22,276 nt of DNA, taken from contig JBHLQH010000045.1 in assembly GCA_048884965.1 (NCBI GenBank), forward strand, positions 1-22,276, given 5' to 3'. Positions 1 through 8,638 of this stretch are shown here, piece after piece. Each line of letters opens with the position of its first letter. Position 1 is the first letter of the stretch. Under the pieces are notes generated by a model. The model did no database searches, was not told the DNA's origin, and saw only the letters and a list, made by a program, of their open reading frames with translations. This DNA comes from Candidatus Thorarchaeota archaeon (GTDB lineage Archaea > Asgardarchaeota > Thorarchaeia > Thorarchaeales > Thorarchaeaceae). The translations under genes were made by a program, and so were the position numbers.

Positions 1-1
1 G

Positions 2-74
2 AGCCGGCTCTGGGAATTGCACCCAGGTAAAACAGCTCTGCAGGCTGTCGCGTCAGCTACTCCGCCAAACCGGC
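2..74 (-). tRNA. tRNA-Cys (anticodon GCA), intronless
   Basis: The reverse complement folds as a cloverleaf: acceptor GCCGGTT/AGCCGGC, D stem GCG/CGC, anticodon stem ACAGC/GCTGT with loop CT-GCA-GA, T stem CTGGG/CCCAG, and discriminator U73 typical of tRNA-Cys. The window edge hides any encoded CCA. Confidence 0.95.
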
Positions 75-208
75 TCGGGTATCGGAATCTATCGACTTTT
101 CTGTTTTAAGGATGTCGGCAATTTTGGCGTACATATTCAGCATTATAAATCAGTGTTTCAAGGGGTGAATCTTTAATACTTAAATCTCAGGAAGATTGTA
201 CTCTCAGG

Positions 209-727
209 GTGAAGAAGATGACAATGAAGAAATTTGATTTTCATTTCGTTGAGGAGAAGATCAGACAGAATACTTTCGGAATTTTGAATACAATAAATCT
301 TGATAATAGCCCTCACACATCAGGAATATTATATGGAGTATCGAAACCAGAGGACGAGTTTTGTATATATCTGAAAACAATGAAGAAATTCCGGAAGGTT
401 AAGAATATCCAAAGAAATCCTAATGTATCCTTCATAATTACATTCCCTCATCATTTCTTTCGTTTTATACCTGCAGGAACCATTACAATGAATGGTCAAG
501 CAGAGTTGGTTCCTATAGATTCTGAAGAAATACGAGGAATATTCACTGAAAAAAGAGTTCTCAGGATGATTGTATCTGACATCGACTCTGACGAGACCTT
601 CCTAAGAATTAAACCAAAACCTAAGGTATTCTGCTATGGAGTTGGGTTCAATATTCTTGAACTAAGAAGTTCACATACATCAGTTAGTTACTCTGTAATG
701 ATACCTGAAGAAAGACTACCCAAGTAG
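209..727 (+). CDS. Pyridoxamine 5'-phosphate oxidase-like (split-barrel flavin/F420-binding) family protein
   Basis: 172-aa ORF with a GTG start. Motifs FGILNTINLDNSPHTSGILY and RKVKNIQRNPNVSF match the PNPOx-like pattern. TATA-like CTTTAATA at about 171. Confidence 0.75.
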   Translation: MKKMTMKKFDFHFVEEKIRQNTFGILNTINLDNSPHTSGILYGVSKPEDEFCIYLKTMKKFRKVKNIQRNPNVSFIITFPHHFFRFIPAGTITMNGQAELVPIDSEEIRGIFTEKRVLRMIVSDIDSDETFLRIKPKPKVFCYGVGFNILELRSSHTSVSYSVMIPEERLPK

Positions 728-915
728 TTCACTATTCAATTTCCTATATATCTTATACATATCAAGTTTCTAACTCCTAAATAATCCATAGTACTTTATC
801 ATAATGTCGGCAAGAATGGCCAGTACTTGAACGAAAGTGTCGTATTCAACCTTTGTCTAGAACTATGTGCCGCAGTTTTTATATCACATGATAGACCTGT
901 AGCAGAGGTTTACTG

Positions 916-1356
916 ATGGAGAGAGCAATTGAGAGATACGGTTGGGTAGTATACCTAACCTTGGGCCTATTGTGGTTAGTGGTTGGTTTGTACCAAATCT
1001 TCCTTCCTCGGGAATTACTTGTGGAGGACATTCAGCTTGTGTTGAACTTGCCCATGAGCGAACTTGAGTTGTCGAGTCCGGAGGCCATGGATTTTGTATT
1101 CTGGCTATACGGGTGTCTGGGTCTCCTCAAGGTTAGTTGGTCACTGTTTGTCATAGTGATTACACTTACCGGCTTTCGGAAGGGCGAGAAGTGGGCATGG
1201 TATACACTGTGGTTAGTGCCAATTCTCTTGGTAACCAGTGGACTCTTCAATACTTTCTATATTGGCGATGTTTCTCAGATGCTACAGTGGATCCCGATTC
1301 TAAGTCTATCGCTCTTGGGAATCTTCCTTCCGTACAGGAAGTTCTTCCCCAAATAA
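916..1356 (+). CDS. Integral membrane protein, about 4 TM helices, function unknown
   Basis: 146-aa ORF with four hydrophobic segments and a GFRKGEKWAWY loop. TTTTTATA promoter-like element at about 876. Confidence 0.75.
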   Translation: MERAIERYGWVVYLTLGLLWLVVGLYQIFLPRELLVEDIQLVLNLPMSELELSSPEAMDFVFWLYGCLGLLKVSWSLFVIVITLTGFRKGEKWAWYTLWLVPILLVTSGLFNTFYIGDVSQMLQWIPILSLSLLGIFLPYRKFFPK

Positions 1357-1439
1357 CCCCGAGTTATGGATAATCGTAAGACAGATCAGCTGAACGATGA
1401 TACAGGCATTTTCAAACTCTCAGTGGATTCCATAGGCAA

Positions 1440-1503
1440 ATTTATATGGAAATGTTTTACGATTCAGTCAGTACTAAATCGTACCGTTCAGTTAATACTA
1501 AAT
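1440..1503 (+). promoter_or_regulatory. TATA box followed by two tandem palindromic operator-like sites (TTCAGT-N4-ACTAAA)
   Basis: ATTTATAT at 1440-1447. TTCAGTCAGTACTAAAT (1463-1479) and TTCAGTTAATACTAAAT (1487-1503) are 15/17 identical and each is an imperfect palindrome. They lie directly upstream of a wHTH regulator gene. Confidence 0.6.
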
Positions 1504-1517
1504 GGTCGGAATGAGAG

Positions 1518-2252
1518 ATGATGTCTGAGAACGCTACAATGGATGAAGTCAGAAAGACCCTGTACACATACTGGCATGAACTAGGTTTCTATAGTGAGAA
1601 GGAGTCCACAAATATCGAGCAAGTTCGTCAGTCTGAAGTAAAGTGGTTCATAATCAAATTCATTCGTGATGGTATTGAAGACGAGTTTGGAAAAGAACAT
1701 GACCTCACTCGCAGACATGCATTTTCTGCAAAGGAATTACATGAAGCCTATACCAATAGCTCTGCAGGAGAGAAATGTTCTCTCTCCAACTTTCATTTTC
1801 ATGTTAAAGGTCTCGTGGAACATGGGTATCTCAAGGAAGTAGCCAAGATCCTTGAAGGTCGTCATTATGTAACATACTACGGTCGAACGTCTATTGTATT
1901 TGCGGACCAGTTTGATGATCCTCTTCAATCGAAAATGGATCAGGATTTCTTTGACCCTTTGAAGAGAATAATAAAAGACATGAATCCAGACTTAGAGGCA
2001 AGGTATGTCGATCAACTTGTGGACGATAATCTTTCATCAATACAGGATTTCTATAGCAGACTTTTCTCATGGATGAAAGTAAAGTACACCCACCTGTACA
2101 AATCGAAAGTCGATTTGCATACGTTCACAAGCATCGTCGGGCACTATGCTTTCTTCCACAAAGATCTCAACAAGAGCTCAAAGGAAATTGCATCTCTTAT
2201 TGGTCTTGATAAGATTATGAAATATGAACAATACGGATTAGATCAGGAGTAA
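1518..2252 (+). CDS. Winged helix-turn-helix (ArsR-like) transcriptional regulator with C-terminal helical domain
   Basis: FSAKELHEAY...SLSNFHFHVKGLVEHGYLKEV...RHYVTYYGRT fits an HTH plus wing. It is the first gene of a tightly packed three-gene operon. Confidence 0.65.
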   Translation: MMSENATMDEVRKTLYTYWHELGFYSEKESTNIEQVRQSEVKWFIIKFIRDGIEDEFGKEHDLTRRHAFSAKELHEAYTNSSAGEKCSLSNFHFHVKGLVEHGYLKEVAKILEGRHYVTYYGRTSIVFADQFDDPLQSKMDQDFFDPLKRIIKDMNPDLEARYVDQLVDDNLSSIQDFYSRLFSWMKVKYTHLYKSKVDLHTFTSIVGHYAFFHKDLNKSSKEIASLIGLDKIMKYEQYGLDQE

Positions 2253-2258
2253 TCAAAG

Positions 2259-3230
2259 ATGAAAGCAGCAGTTTTGCAGAAATACGGACCACCAGATGTC
2301 CTAGTCATTGAAGAACGGGAGAAACCAATGATCCAAGATAATCAAGTCTTGGTAAGGGTTCACGCTACATCTGTTAATGCCATGGATTATCGAATTAGAA
2401 GTGCGAACGCACCGTTATGGCCTATTTCACGCTTGATGATGGGTCTTCGGAAACCAAAGGAGGATATCTTGGGCAACGAAGTGGCTGGAGAAATAGTTGA
2501 GGTTGGTAGTAATGTGACCAAGTTCAAGAAAGGAGACAGGATATTCGGATGCGTAAATCGATCAAATGCCGAATATATCGTATGTACAGAAAATGCGACT
2601 ATAACTACAATGCCACCGGGTATGAGTTATGAAGAAGGAGCTTCTGTTGGGTTTGGAGGGATAACATCATTACACTTCCTTAGAACACTAGCAAATATCC
2701 AAAATGGACAACAGATTCTCATAAATGGTGCATCGGGAGGGGTTGGCGTGTTTGCTGTACAACTAGCGAAGCATTTTGGAGCTGAAGTAACAGGAGTTTG
2801 CAGCACCAAGAACATTGAATTAGTAAAATCTCTGGGTGCAGATAGAGCAATTGATTATACTGTGGTCGATTTTACCAAAGAAGAAGAAGTATATGATATA
2901 GTATTTGATGCAGTGGGAAAGAGCTCTTTCTCAAAATGCAAAAAGCTACTTCGGGAAGATGGAATCTATCTAACAACTGTACCTAGCTTTCGTCTCCTCG
3001 CTCAAATGCTGTGGACATCAAAGGTTGGAAAGAAGAAGGCGAAGTTCGGAATAGCAAGTGGTCCAGAGAATTTGCATTTTCTCAAGGAGCTAATAGAATC
3101 AAATAAATTACGAATAGTTATTGACAGGACCTATCCCTTAGATGCGATTGCAGAAGCTCATGCGTATGTGGAGCAAGGACACAAAGTGGGTAGTGTTGCA
3201 ATTTCAGTTTGCCAGGAGGACGAAATATAA
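2259..3230 (+). CDS. NAD(P)-dependent MDR-family oxidoreductase (zinc-independent, quinone reductase/alcohol dehydrogenase-like)
   Basis: MKAAVLQKYGPPDVL, VRVHATSVNAMD, the Rossmann motif ILINGASGGVG, and C-terminal IDRTYPLDAIAEAHAYVEQGH. Confidence 0.92.
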   Translation: MKAAVLQKYGPPDVLVIEEREKPMIQDNQVLVRVHATSVNAMDYRIRSANAPLWPISRLMMGLRKPKEDILGNEVAGEIVEVGSNVTKFKKGDRIFGCVNRSNAEYIVCTENATITTMPPGMSYEEGASVGFGGITSLHFLRTLANIQNGQQILINGASGGVGVFAVQLAKHFGAEVTGVCSTKNIELVKSLGADRAIDYTVVDFTKEEEVYDIVFDAVGKSSFSKCKKLLREDGIYLTTVPSFRLLAQMLWTSKVGKKKAKFGIASGPENLHFLKELIESNKLRIVIDRTYPLDAIAEAHAYVEQGHKVGSVAISVCQEDEI

Positions 3231-3679
3231 TGAATGATTCAACTGAGAATACATGTGCAGCAAAAGAACTAATGAATGGCATGAAGGCTAGCTGTTCGCA
3301 AGCAATCTTCGCAACCTTTGGCCCATATATGGGGTCTGATGAGGTCAGCGTTGAGACTTGTATGAAGATCGCATCTGCCTTCGGAGGGGGAATAAATCTC
3401 ACTGGTAATGTCTGTGGAGCTTTGACAGGTGCTTTGATGGCAATCGGGCTAGAATTTGGCGATTCAAACCCAATGAATCCAAAGGTAGCTGAAATCTCTA
3501 CTCGACTACTTGAAGAATTCAAGGCAATCCATGGGTCAATCCTATGTCGAGACCTGATTCAATATAACGGGGGCTCAGATGAAGTGGATTTGATGAAAGC
3601 ATTCCAGAGTGGCCAATTCGACAAATGTCTAAAATATGTTGAAGACGTAGCGGGTTTGCTGAAAACCTATATCGAATGA
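3230..3679 (+). CDS. C-GCAxxG-C-C family putative redox protein
   Basis: SCSQA, FGGG...VCGALTG, ILCRDL and DKC give the four-Cys family pattern. Start placed at ATG 3230, which overlaps the upstream TAA (TAATG coupling), rather than TTG 3209. Confidence 0.88.
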   Translation: MNDSTENTCAAKELMNGMKASCSQAIFATFGPYMGSDEVSVETCMKIASAFGGGINLTGNVCGALTGALMAIGLEFGDSNPMNPKVAEISTRLLEEFKAIHGSILCRDLIQYNGGSDEVDLMKAFQSGQFDKCLKYVEDVAGLLKTYIE

Positions 3680-3709
3680 TTTCCTGTAAAAAAGAGGTAG
3701 GAGACTCCC

Positions 3710-3756
3710 AGAGCAAACGCTCTAGAGATTCTCCTTCGCTTCTTTCCTTAACGCAC
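3710..3756. repeat. 47-bp intergenic direct repeat with hairpin, copy 1
   Basis: agagcaaacgctctagagattctccttcgcttctttccttaacgcac is 42/47 identical to 6045-6091. Confidence 0.85.
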
Positions 3757-3800
3757 ACTAGTAGAGAAGTCCCTTAACTGAAGACTGTGCCATGATTCAT

Positions 3801-4604
3801 TTATCGTTTCTTCAGGAGAACGATGGCTATTATTACTATCACTATTCCACCAGCAGCGATGATGAGGATTGTCGTTCCATCAAGTAGGGGGGCTTCTGAT
3901 TGAGTTGGAGTTGTGGTTGTTGTAGGTTCAGTTGTGGTGTCTGTCGTAGTAGATGTGGGGGTTGATGTTGTTCCATCCTCAGCAGTAACAATGACATTAT
4001 CGATGCCCCCGTTTTCTGGCGCTATCACCATAAAGCATTCGCTTTCGTCGAAAACTGCCACAGAGAGTTTATTTAGCACAAGTTCTTTCTCGAGATAGAC
4101 ATGGATACTGTGATTACTCATCAGTATCATGTCAATATGATACCAACCATCAAATGACTCTGAATACAAATATGATCCAAGAGAAGTTCCTACATTATTG
4201 GTACCCCTGGTAATTTCTATCTGACTTTCTGTGATTCTTAGGTTCATATTGTTGAAGGGAAGTACATTCAAGACCCCTGTATCCTCCATCGAATCTCCAT
4301 GAACTATCACAAAGTAATAACCAGTGATAGAGGGTTCTTTGTAGAAATCGAAACTGAAATTGCCATAATTGACATTGCTTGGAAAATATATGTTACCGAC
4401 TTCATGTAGTCCAACACCTTCTGTCGCGATCAAAGCATTTGAACTTGCAGACCAAGTCCCATTAGCTACGGTCCATCCGTCATAGTTTCCATCACTAAAA
4501 TCATCGGACCATACTTCAGCTGCTGCGATCTGAGGATGTCCAAGTGACATTACAATGATCATTAGAGATATTGTAACTACTAAGGCATGATTCCTATACT
4601 TCAT
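3801..4604 (-). CDS. Secreted, C-terminally membrane-anchored protein with a ConA/LamG-like beta-sandwich domain and Thr-rich linker
   Basis: N-terminal signal peptide, WSDDFSDGNYDGWTV...GTW start of a beta-rich domain, a Thr/Pro-rich stalk, and a C-terminal TM ending LLKKR. The fold call is inference. Confidence 0.7.
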   Translation of the reverse strand: MKYRNHALVVTISLMIIVMSLGHPQIAAAEVWSDDFSDGNYDGWTVANGTWSASSNALIATEGVGLHEVGNIYFPSNVNYGNFSFDFYKEPSITGYYFVIVHGDSMEDTGVLNVLPFNNMNLRITESQIEITRGTNNVGTSLGSYLYSESFDGWYHIDMILMSNHSIHVYLEKELVLNKLSVAVFDESECFMVIAPENGGIDNVIVTAEDGTTSTPTSTTTDTTTEPTTTTTPTQSEAPLLDGTTILIIAAGGIVIVIIAIVLLKKR

Positions 4605-4772
4605 CTCCGTATCTCCGTTCCAGTTGAGTTAGCTTTTAGAAGTACAGCATTTGGCTGATATATCTAAGCTAATCAATTAGCTATCGAAACGAAACGGAAT
4701 TGTTCTAGGATTTCGTTATGCAAAGGATTTGATTAGAAAAGCGAAAATCGACTGTCCCTGACAAGTAATCCG

Positions 4773-5762
4773 TCAGTACCATTTTGTACCTCTTGGAGGT
4801 AGGTATAGCACTTTATGATTGGTTGCTTCGAGTCCCAAAAGTTTACACAATCCGATATGTCCTAACCCTGCAAAGTGATGTTGTGATTGAATCACCATGG
4901 TTTCTACCAATAAGGAAAAAGGCGAATCCTTTAGCATGTGGATGATCTGTTCTATTCTTCTCATATTTTCAGCGGTGAAGACATGGAATGTCTTCGGCTG
5001 ATCCACAATCTGAAAAGAATTCCAATACTCAACTGGAAATTTCTCCTGAATCCATCCAACCACTTTATGTGGCGAGATTTTCTTTTCATCATAAGTTATA
5101 CGAGCTATACAAGGTATCTGTTCAAGTGCGTCAAATTTTGGATGGACTGTAAAATAAAGGCCGCCACACTCTTGCAGCTCCTTGATAACCTGTTGGACTC
5201 GTCTAGCTGAATAATTGGTCTTCTTCGCGATTTCCGTTGCAGGAGTGCGCGCATCTTCTAAAAGGTGTTTCAAGATGGTTCTTTGCATTTTTGTGAAGTC
5301 TACTTTATTCCCACGAAAGACCCATTTTTGATTATCAGGCATAGGCGTGGGTGTTATAGGGTAAATACGCTCCAGATTGACTTCTTGAACAAACTCGAAT
5401 TCTCGGATGTAACTACTAAGATCGATAATGCTTTTTGAATCTGAAACTTGAGTAGTAGCATATAGATCTCGTGTGCCTACTCGTCCTGATTCATCAACTG
5501 CTGGATGTTTTCCAATCTCTCTCAACAGATGTTCGTCAATTTCAGTAGCATCTGTAGAGATCCAACACATACAATAATCAGCCTCTAACATAGCCAATGA
5601 GAGGAATACATAGCCCCTACTTATTCCACCTATTTTCTTTAGCTTTGTAATTCTGTTCTGAACGCTAGTCGGAGATAGATTGAGCTTCTTGCTGAGACTT
5701 CTGGCTGTTACCCTGCAGTTGGCCATTAATTCACCGAGAATGAATTTATCAACTAGATCCAT
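4773..5762 (-). CDS. Tandem (double) Lrp/AsnC-family transcriptional regulator
   Basis: Two AsnC-type HTHs: MDLVDKFILGELMANCRVTARSLSKKLNLSPTSVQNRITKL and MQRTILKHLLEDARTPATEIAKKTNYSARRVQQVIKEL. Start moved to ATG 5762, which has GGAG upstream. Confidence 0.85.
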   Translation of the reverse strand: MDLVDKFILGELMANCRVTARSLSKKLNLSPTSVQNRITKLKKIGGISRGYVFLSLAMLEADYCMCWISTDATEIDEHLLREIGKHPAVDESGRVGTRDLYATTQVSDSKSIIDLSSYIREFEFVQEVNLERIYPITPTPMPDNQKWVFRGNKVDFTKMQRTILKHLLEDARTPATEIAKKTNYSARRVQQVIKELQECGGLYFTVHPKFDALEQIPCIARITYDEKKISPHKVVGWIQEKFPVEYWNSFQIVDQPKTFHVFTAENMRRIEQIIHMLKDSPFSLLVETMVIQSQHHFAGLGHIGLCKLLGLEATNHKVLYLPPRGTKWY

Positions 5763-6044
5763 AAGGATACTCCATCTTCTCTTATTTCTCAGCACCAAAC
5801 GTTCATCTATCTTGTTGCAATCTGAAATAAAAAGATGAGGATTCTCTCTCAACTCTTGAAATCTAATGTGTGGAGTAATCCCCGATGAGGAGAGTTTGCA
5901 ACTTTCAAATTTCTTGGTGATGTCAATCAGTATATCAGCTCTTCACAGATGACTACCTTTCAAAATAGCATCCTTCATTTTCCAAATCTTTTAGCCAATA
6001 TTCAATCTCCGCAGGAAAAGGCTCGAATGGATTATTCTTTCTCT

Positions 6045-6091
6045 AGAGCAAATGCTCTAGAGGTGCTCCTTCGCTTCTTTCCTTGACACAC
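6045..6091. repeat. 47-bp intergenic direct repeat with hairpin, copy 2
   Basis: 42/47 identical to 3710-3756. It overlaps the perfect inverted repeat CTCTAGAGCA-AA-TGCTCTAGAG (6041-6062). Confidence 0.85.
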
Positions 6092-6172
6092 CCTTGCATA
6101 ATTCAGGGGTAACATGAACTCCAGTCATTGTGCATGGTTTTACGTTGTTTATGTTTGTGTGCATAGATATCC

Positions 6173-6649
6173 CTATCCAAGATAATCTGGATGTGCATCC
6201 AACCAATCAGAAAGATTTCTGAAGGTCTCTTCGTTGCGCTTATTGATGAAATTATACATTCTATTCCCCATCAAGCGATAAAGAAAGGGTAGTTTCTTGA
6301 GGTTGAATCGTTCCTCGAAGTGCACTCTTGTCCTACCATTATCAATCGGTTCTAATCGAATCAGTCCATTGGTATCCATTCCAGGTTTTAGGCTCAACAT
6401 TGTGTAAGTATAGCCGACATTTGGTCTGACATCTGTAACTAATTCAAGAGCGCATCGTGACCCCCAAGGCAGTTTGTAGTGCACACGTCTGATAAGCCCA
6501 TTTCCCTCCATGTCGCCCAGATGTAGAATCTCAATGTCATTGACAATAGCGTGGGTGAATTGCTTCCAAAGGTCATAATCCTGCATGAGTGCCCAAATCT
6601 TCTCTGAAGGATGCGGAATCTCTATTTCAAAAACATGTTCTTTGATCAT
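6173..6649 (-). CDS. SRPBCC (START/polyketide cyclase-like) family protein
   Basis: 158 aa with the pattern EIEIPHPSEKIWALMQDYDLW...IRLEPIDNGRTRVHFEE and a C-terminal helix. Confidence 0.8.
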   Translation of the reverse strand: MIKEHVFEIEIPHPSEKIWALMQDYDLWKQFTHAIVNDIEILHLGDMEGNGLIRRVHYKLPWGSRCALELVTDVRPNVGYTYTMLSLKPGMDTNGLIRLEPIDNGRTRVHFEERFNLKKLPFLYRLMGNRMYNFINKRNEETFRNLSDWLDAHPDYLG

Positions 6650-6904
6650 TTCGTTACACAGTTAATTTGAGATATATCTCCTAAATAAGAATGATTGCTA
6701 ATTGAGTTGCTTATGTCAAATAATTGAATCATGAATATCACTACTACTGCTACTGACCTATGACGATTCCAGATGATAGGATGTGATAGTCAGAGCCTTT
6801 CGGATTTGAGGGGGAGGTACTTGTATCTGTATTCGATATAGTTGATGAGGTCTGGATTGCTGTGTGTGGTAAGAATTAGAAGGATAGATGTCGTAATGGG
6901 AGCT

Positions 6905-8047
6905 ATGTCAGATAAGAGAGATATCATCGAAAAATGGGCCATGGAACATGGCACCCTTCCATACCCCTTCATGAAAGGACTAGATTTGTGTGAAATCTTT
7001 TACCAAGAGGCTGTCCGTCCGATCATGGAGGAGAGTTATCCTGACCTAGTCTATTCAGCTGGCCTTATCGGTTGGGGGTCAGATGTCCTTGGATTTGATA
7101 CTGAGCAGTCAATGGACCATGGTTGGGGACCTAGACTCTACCTATTCTTAGATCCCTCTGACTTCAATCCTTATTCAAAAGTTCTCGATGAGACCTTCCG
7201 TAGGATACTCCCTCGGGAAATACGTGGGATCCCTACAAGCACCGTACGGAACGAAGATGACACGACCTTGTTGGTGCCTGTCGATGAAGGAGAGGAGATC
7301 AATCATTTGATCACGATCACAACATCTCGAGTGTATTTCTTGGAATACTTGGGATTCGATGTGCTATCAGATCTGTCTGTCACTGATTGGTTGGTTACAC
7401 CGCAACAACGCCTTAGAAGCATCGCAAAAGGGAGAGTCTTTCATGATGGGCTTGACGAACTGGAACCTGTTGTTCACCGTCTGCAATACTATCCCCACGA
7501 TCTGTGGCTATATCTTCTAGCCAACCAATGGAACCGCATCTCGCAAGAAGAAGCATTTATGGGTCGTACTAGTCAAGTGAATGACGAACTGGGTTCGAGG
7601 ATTGTAGCATCACGACTCATTCGAGATATCATGAATCTCTGTTTTCTAATGGAAAAGACCTATGCACCTTACATCAAATGGTTTGGAACAGGCTTTTCCA
7701 AACTCAAGTGTGCCGATGCACTAACACCACTCTTCCATCAGATACTGGATGCTACTACATTCCAAGAGAGGCAGAAACCTCTTGTCAAGGCATACGAGTT
7801 CATAGCAGAGAAGCATAATGACTTGGGAATCACAGCCCATTTGGATACAAAACCCTCGAATTTTCATAATCGACCATTCTTGGTCATCTGGGGAGAGAAA
7901 TTTGCAGATGCCATCTTTGAAACCATCCAAGATGAGGAAATCAAATGCCTTCCTAGGTACCTTGGCTCAGTTGAGCAATTCTCAGACTCTACAGACTTAC
8001 TGAGCTATCCGCAAAAGCTCAAGAGATGTCGTGTGCTGTACGGATGA
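6905..8047 (+). CDS. DUF4037 domain-containing protein (nucleotidyltransferase-like fold)
   Basis: KGLDLCEIFY...AGLIGWGSDVLGFDTEQSMDHGWGPR, GRVFHD, QEEAFMGR and YAPYIKW. The start is uncertain (6896, 6905 or 6971). Confidence 0.8.
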   Translation: MSDKRDIIEKWAMEHGTLPYPFMKGLDLCEIFYQEAVRPIMEESYPDLVYSAGLIGWGSDVLGFDTEQSMDHGWGPRLYLFLDPSDFNPYSKVLDETFRRILPREIRGIPTSTVRNEDDTTLLVPVDEGEEINHLITITTSRVYFLEYLGFDVLSDLSVTDWLVTPQQRLRSIAKGRVFHDGLDELEPVVHRLQYYPHDLWLYLLANQWNRISQEEAFMGRTSQVNDELGSRIVASRLIRDIMNLCFLMEKTYAPYIKWFGTGFSKLKCADALTPLFHQILDATTFQERQKPLVKAYEFIAEKHNDLGITAHLDTKPSNFHNRPFLVIWGEKFADAIFETIQDEEIKCLPRYLGSVEQFSDSTDLLSYPQKLKRCRVLYG

Positions 8048-8103
8048 AAAGAAGCAAGGTGAACTCTTATTACATCTGATATTGTGAAATTGAAACTGAG
8101 CAT

Positions 8104-8499
8104 ATGATGCATTCTGATATCAATCAAGGCTTAGTAGAAGCAATTACGGAACATGATGTGGAGAGTGTGCAAAGATGCATTCAACACGGAGCTAATCCAA
8201 ACTACACATGGACTAATAGCCCAGGATTGACTTCAGATTCATCATTCTTGCAGCCTACAACACCGTTAAGCTTGCTCATTTTCCTAATTTCAAATTGCTT
8301 ACTTAGCGAGGACGATTTATCCGATTTCCATGCAATTGCCGAGATTTTGCTAGAAAATAATGCGGACCCTGAACCTGCTATCCACCTTGCCAAGCAAAGG
8401 TATGGGGCCTACAAAGAATCTGATAACCCGTCAACATTTGATTCTATCTATCGACTTGTATCTGAAGCCTACTACAGAAATAGACCCTCTGAAGGATAG
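8104..8499 (+). CDS. Small ankyrin-repeat-like protein
   Basis: LVEAITEHDVESVQRCIQHGANPN...TTPLSL...IAEILLENNADP resemble two ankyrin repeats. Confidence 0.6.
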   Translation: MMHSDINQGLVEAITEHDVESVQRCIQHGANPNYTWTNSPGLTSDSSFLQPTTPLSLLIFLISNCLLSEDDLSDFHAIAEILLENNADPEPAIHLAKQRYGAYKESDNPSTFDSIYRLVSEAYYRNRPSEG

Positions 8500-8638
8500 A
8501 CTTCTCGAAGGATGATTACCTTTTGCCAAGTCACTTCCTGCAACTTCCTCATAATTTTGCCACAGGTTCTGCAGTTGTAGCTTGTATTCATGCTTGAATT
8601 TCCTAATGATAATTCCAGTTGCAAAAGATATCACAACA

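Noticed and set aside
3677-3687. TGATTTCCTGT at the stop of both the 3230-3679 gene and the terminal DJ-1 gene (22083-22093, minus)
   Set aside because: Only 11 nt, consistent with chance or a generic pyrimidine-rich 3' sequence.
3519-3758. 79-aa minus-strand ORF starting in the repeat, plus other short overlapping ORFs (1032-1250, 1137-1373, 3118-3522, 9484-9672)
   Set aside because: They overlap better-supported genes and have no recognisable motifs. The equivalent frame in repeat copy 2 stops after about 16 codons.
3700-6091. The 47-bp repeat as a CRISPR repeat, integron attC or SECIS element
   Set aside because: There are only two copies 2.3 kb apart and no cas genes. RYYYAAC/GTTRRRY boxes do not bracket the hairpin and no integrase is present. 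There is no RUGA/GA core and no in-frame TGA in the adjacent genes.
6694-6721. TTATGTCAAAT resembling the XerD arm of a dif site
   Set aside because: There is no matching left arm at 6-bp spacing.
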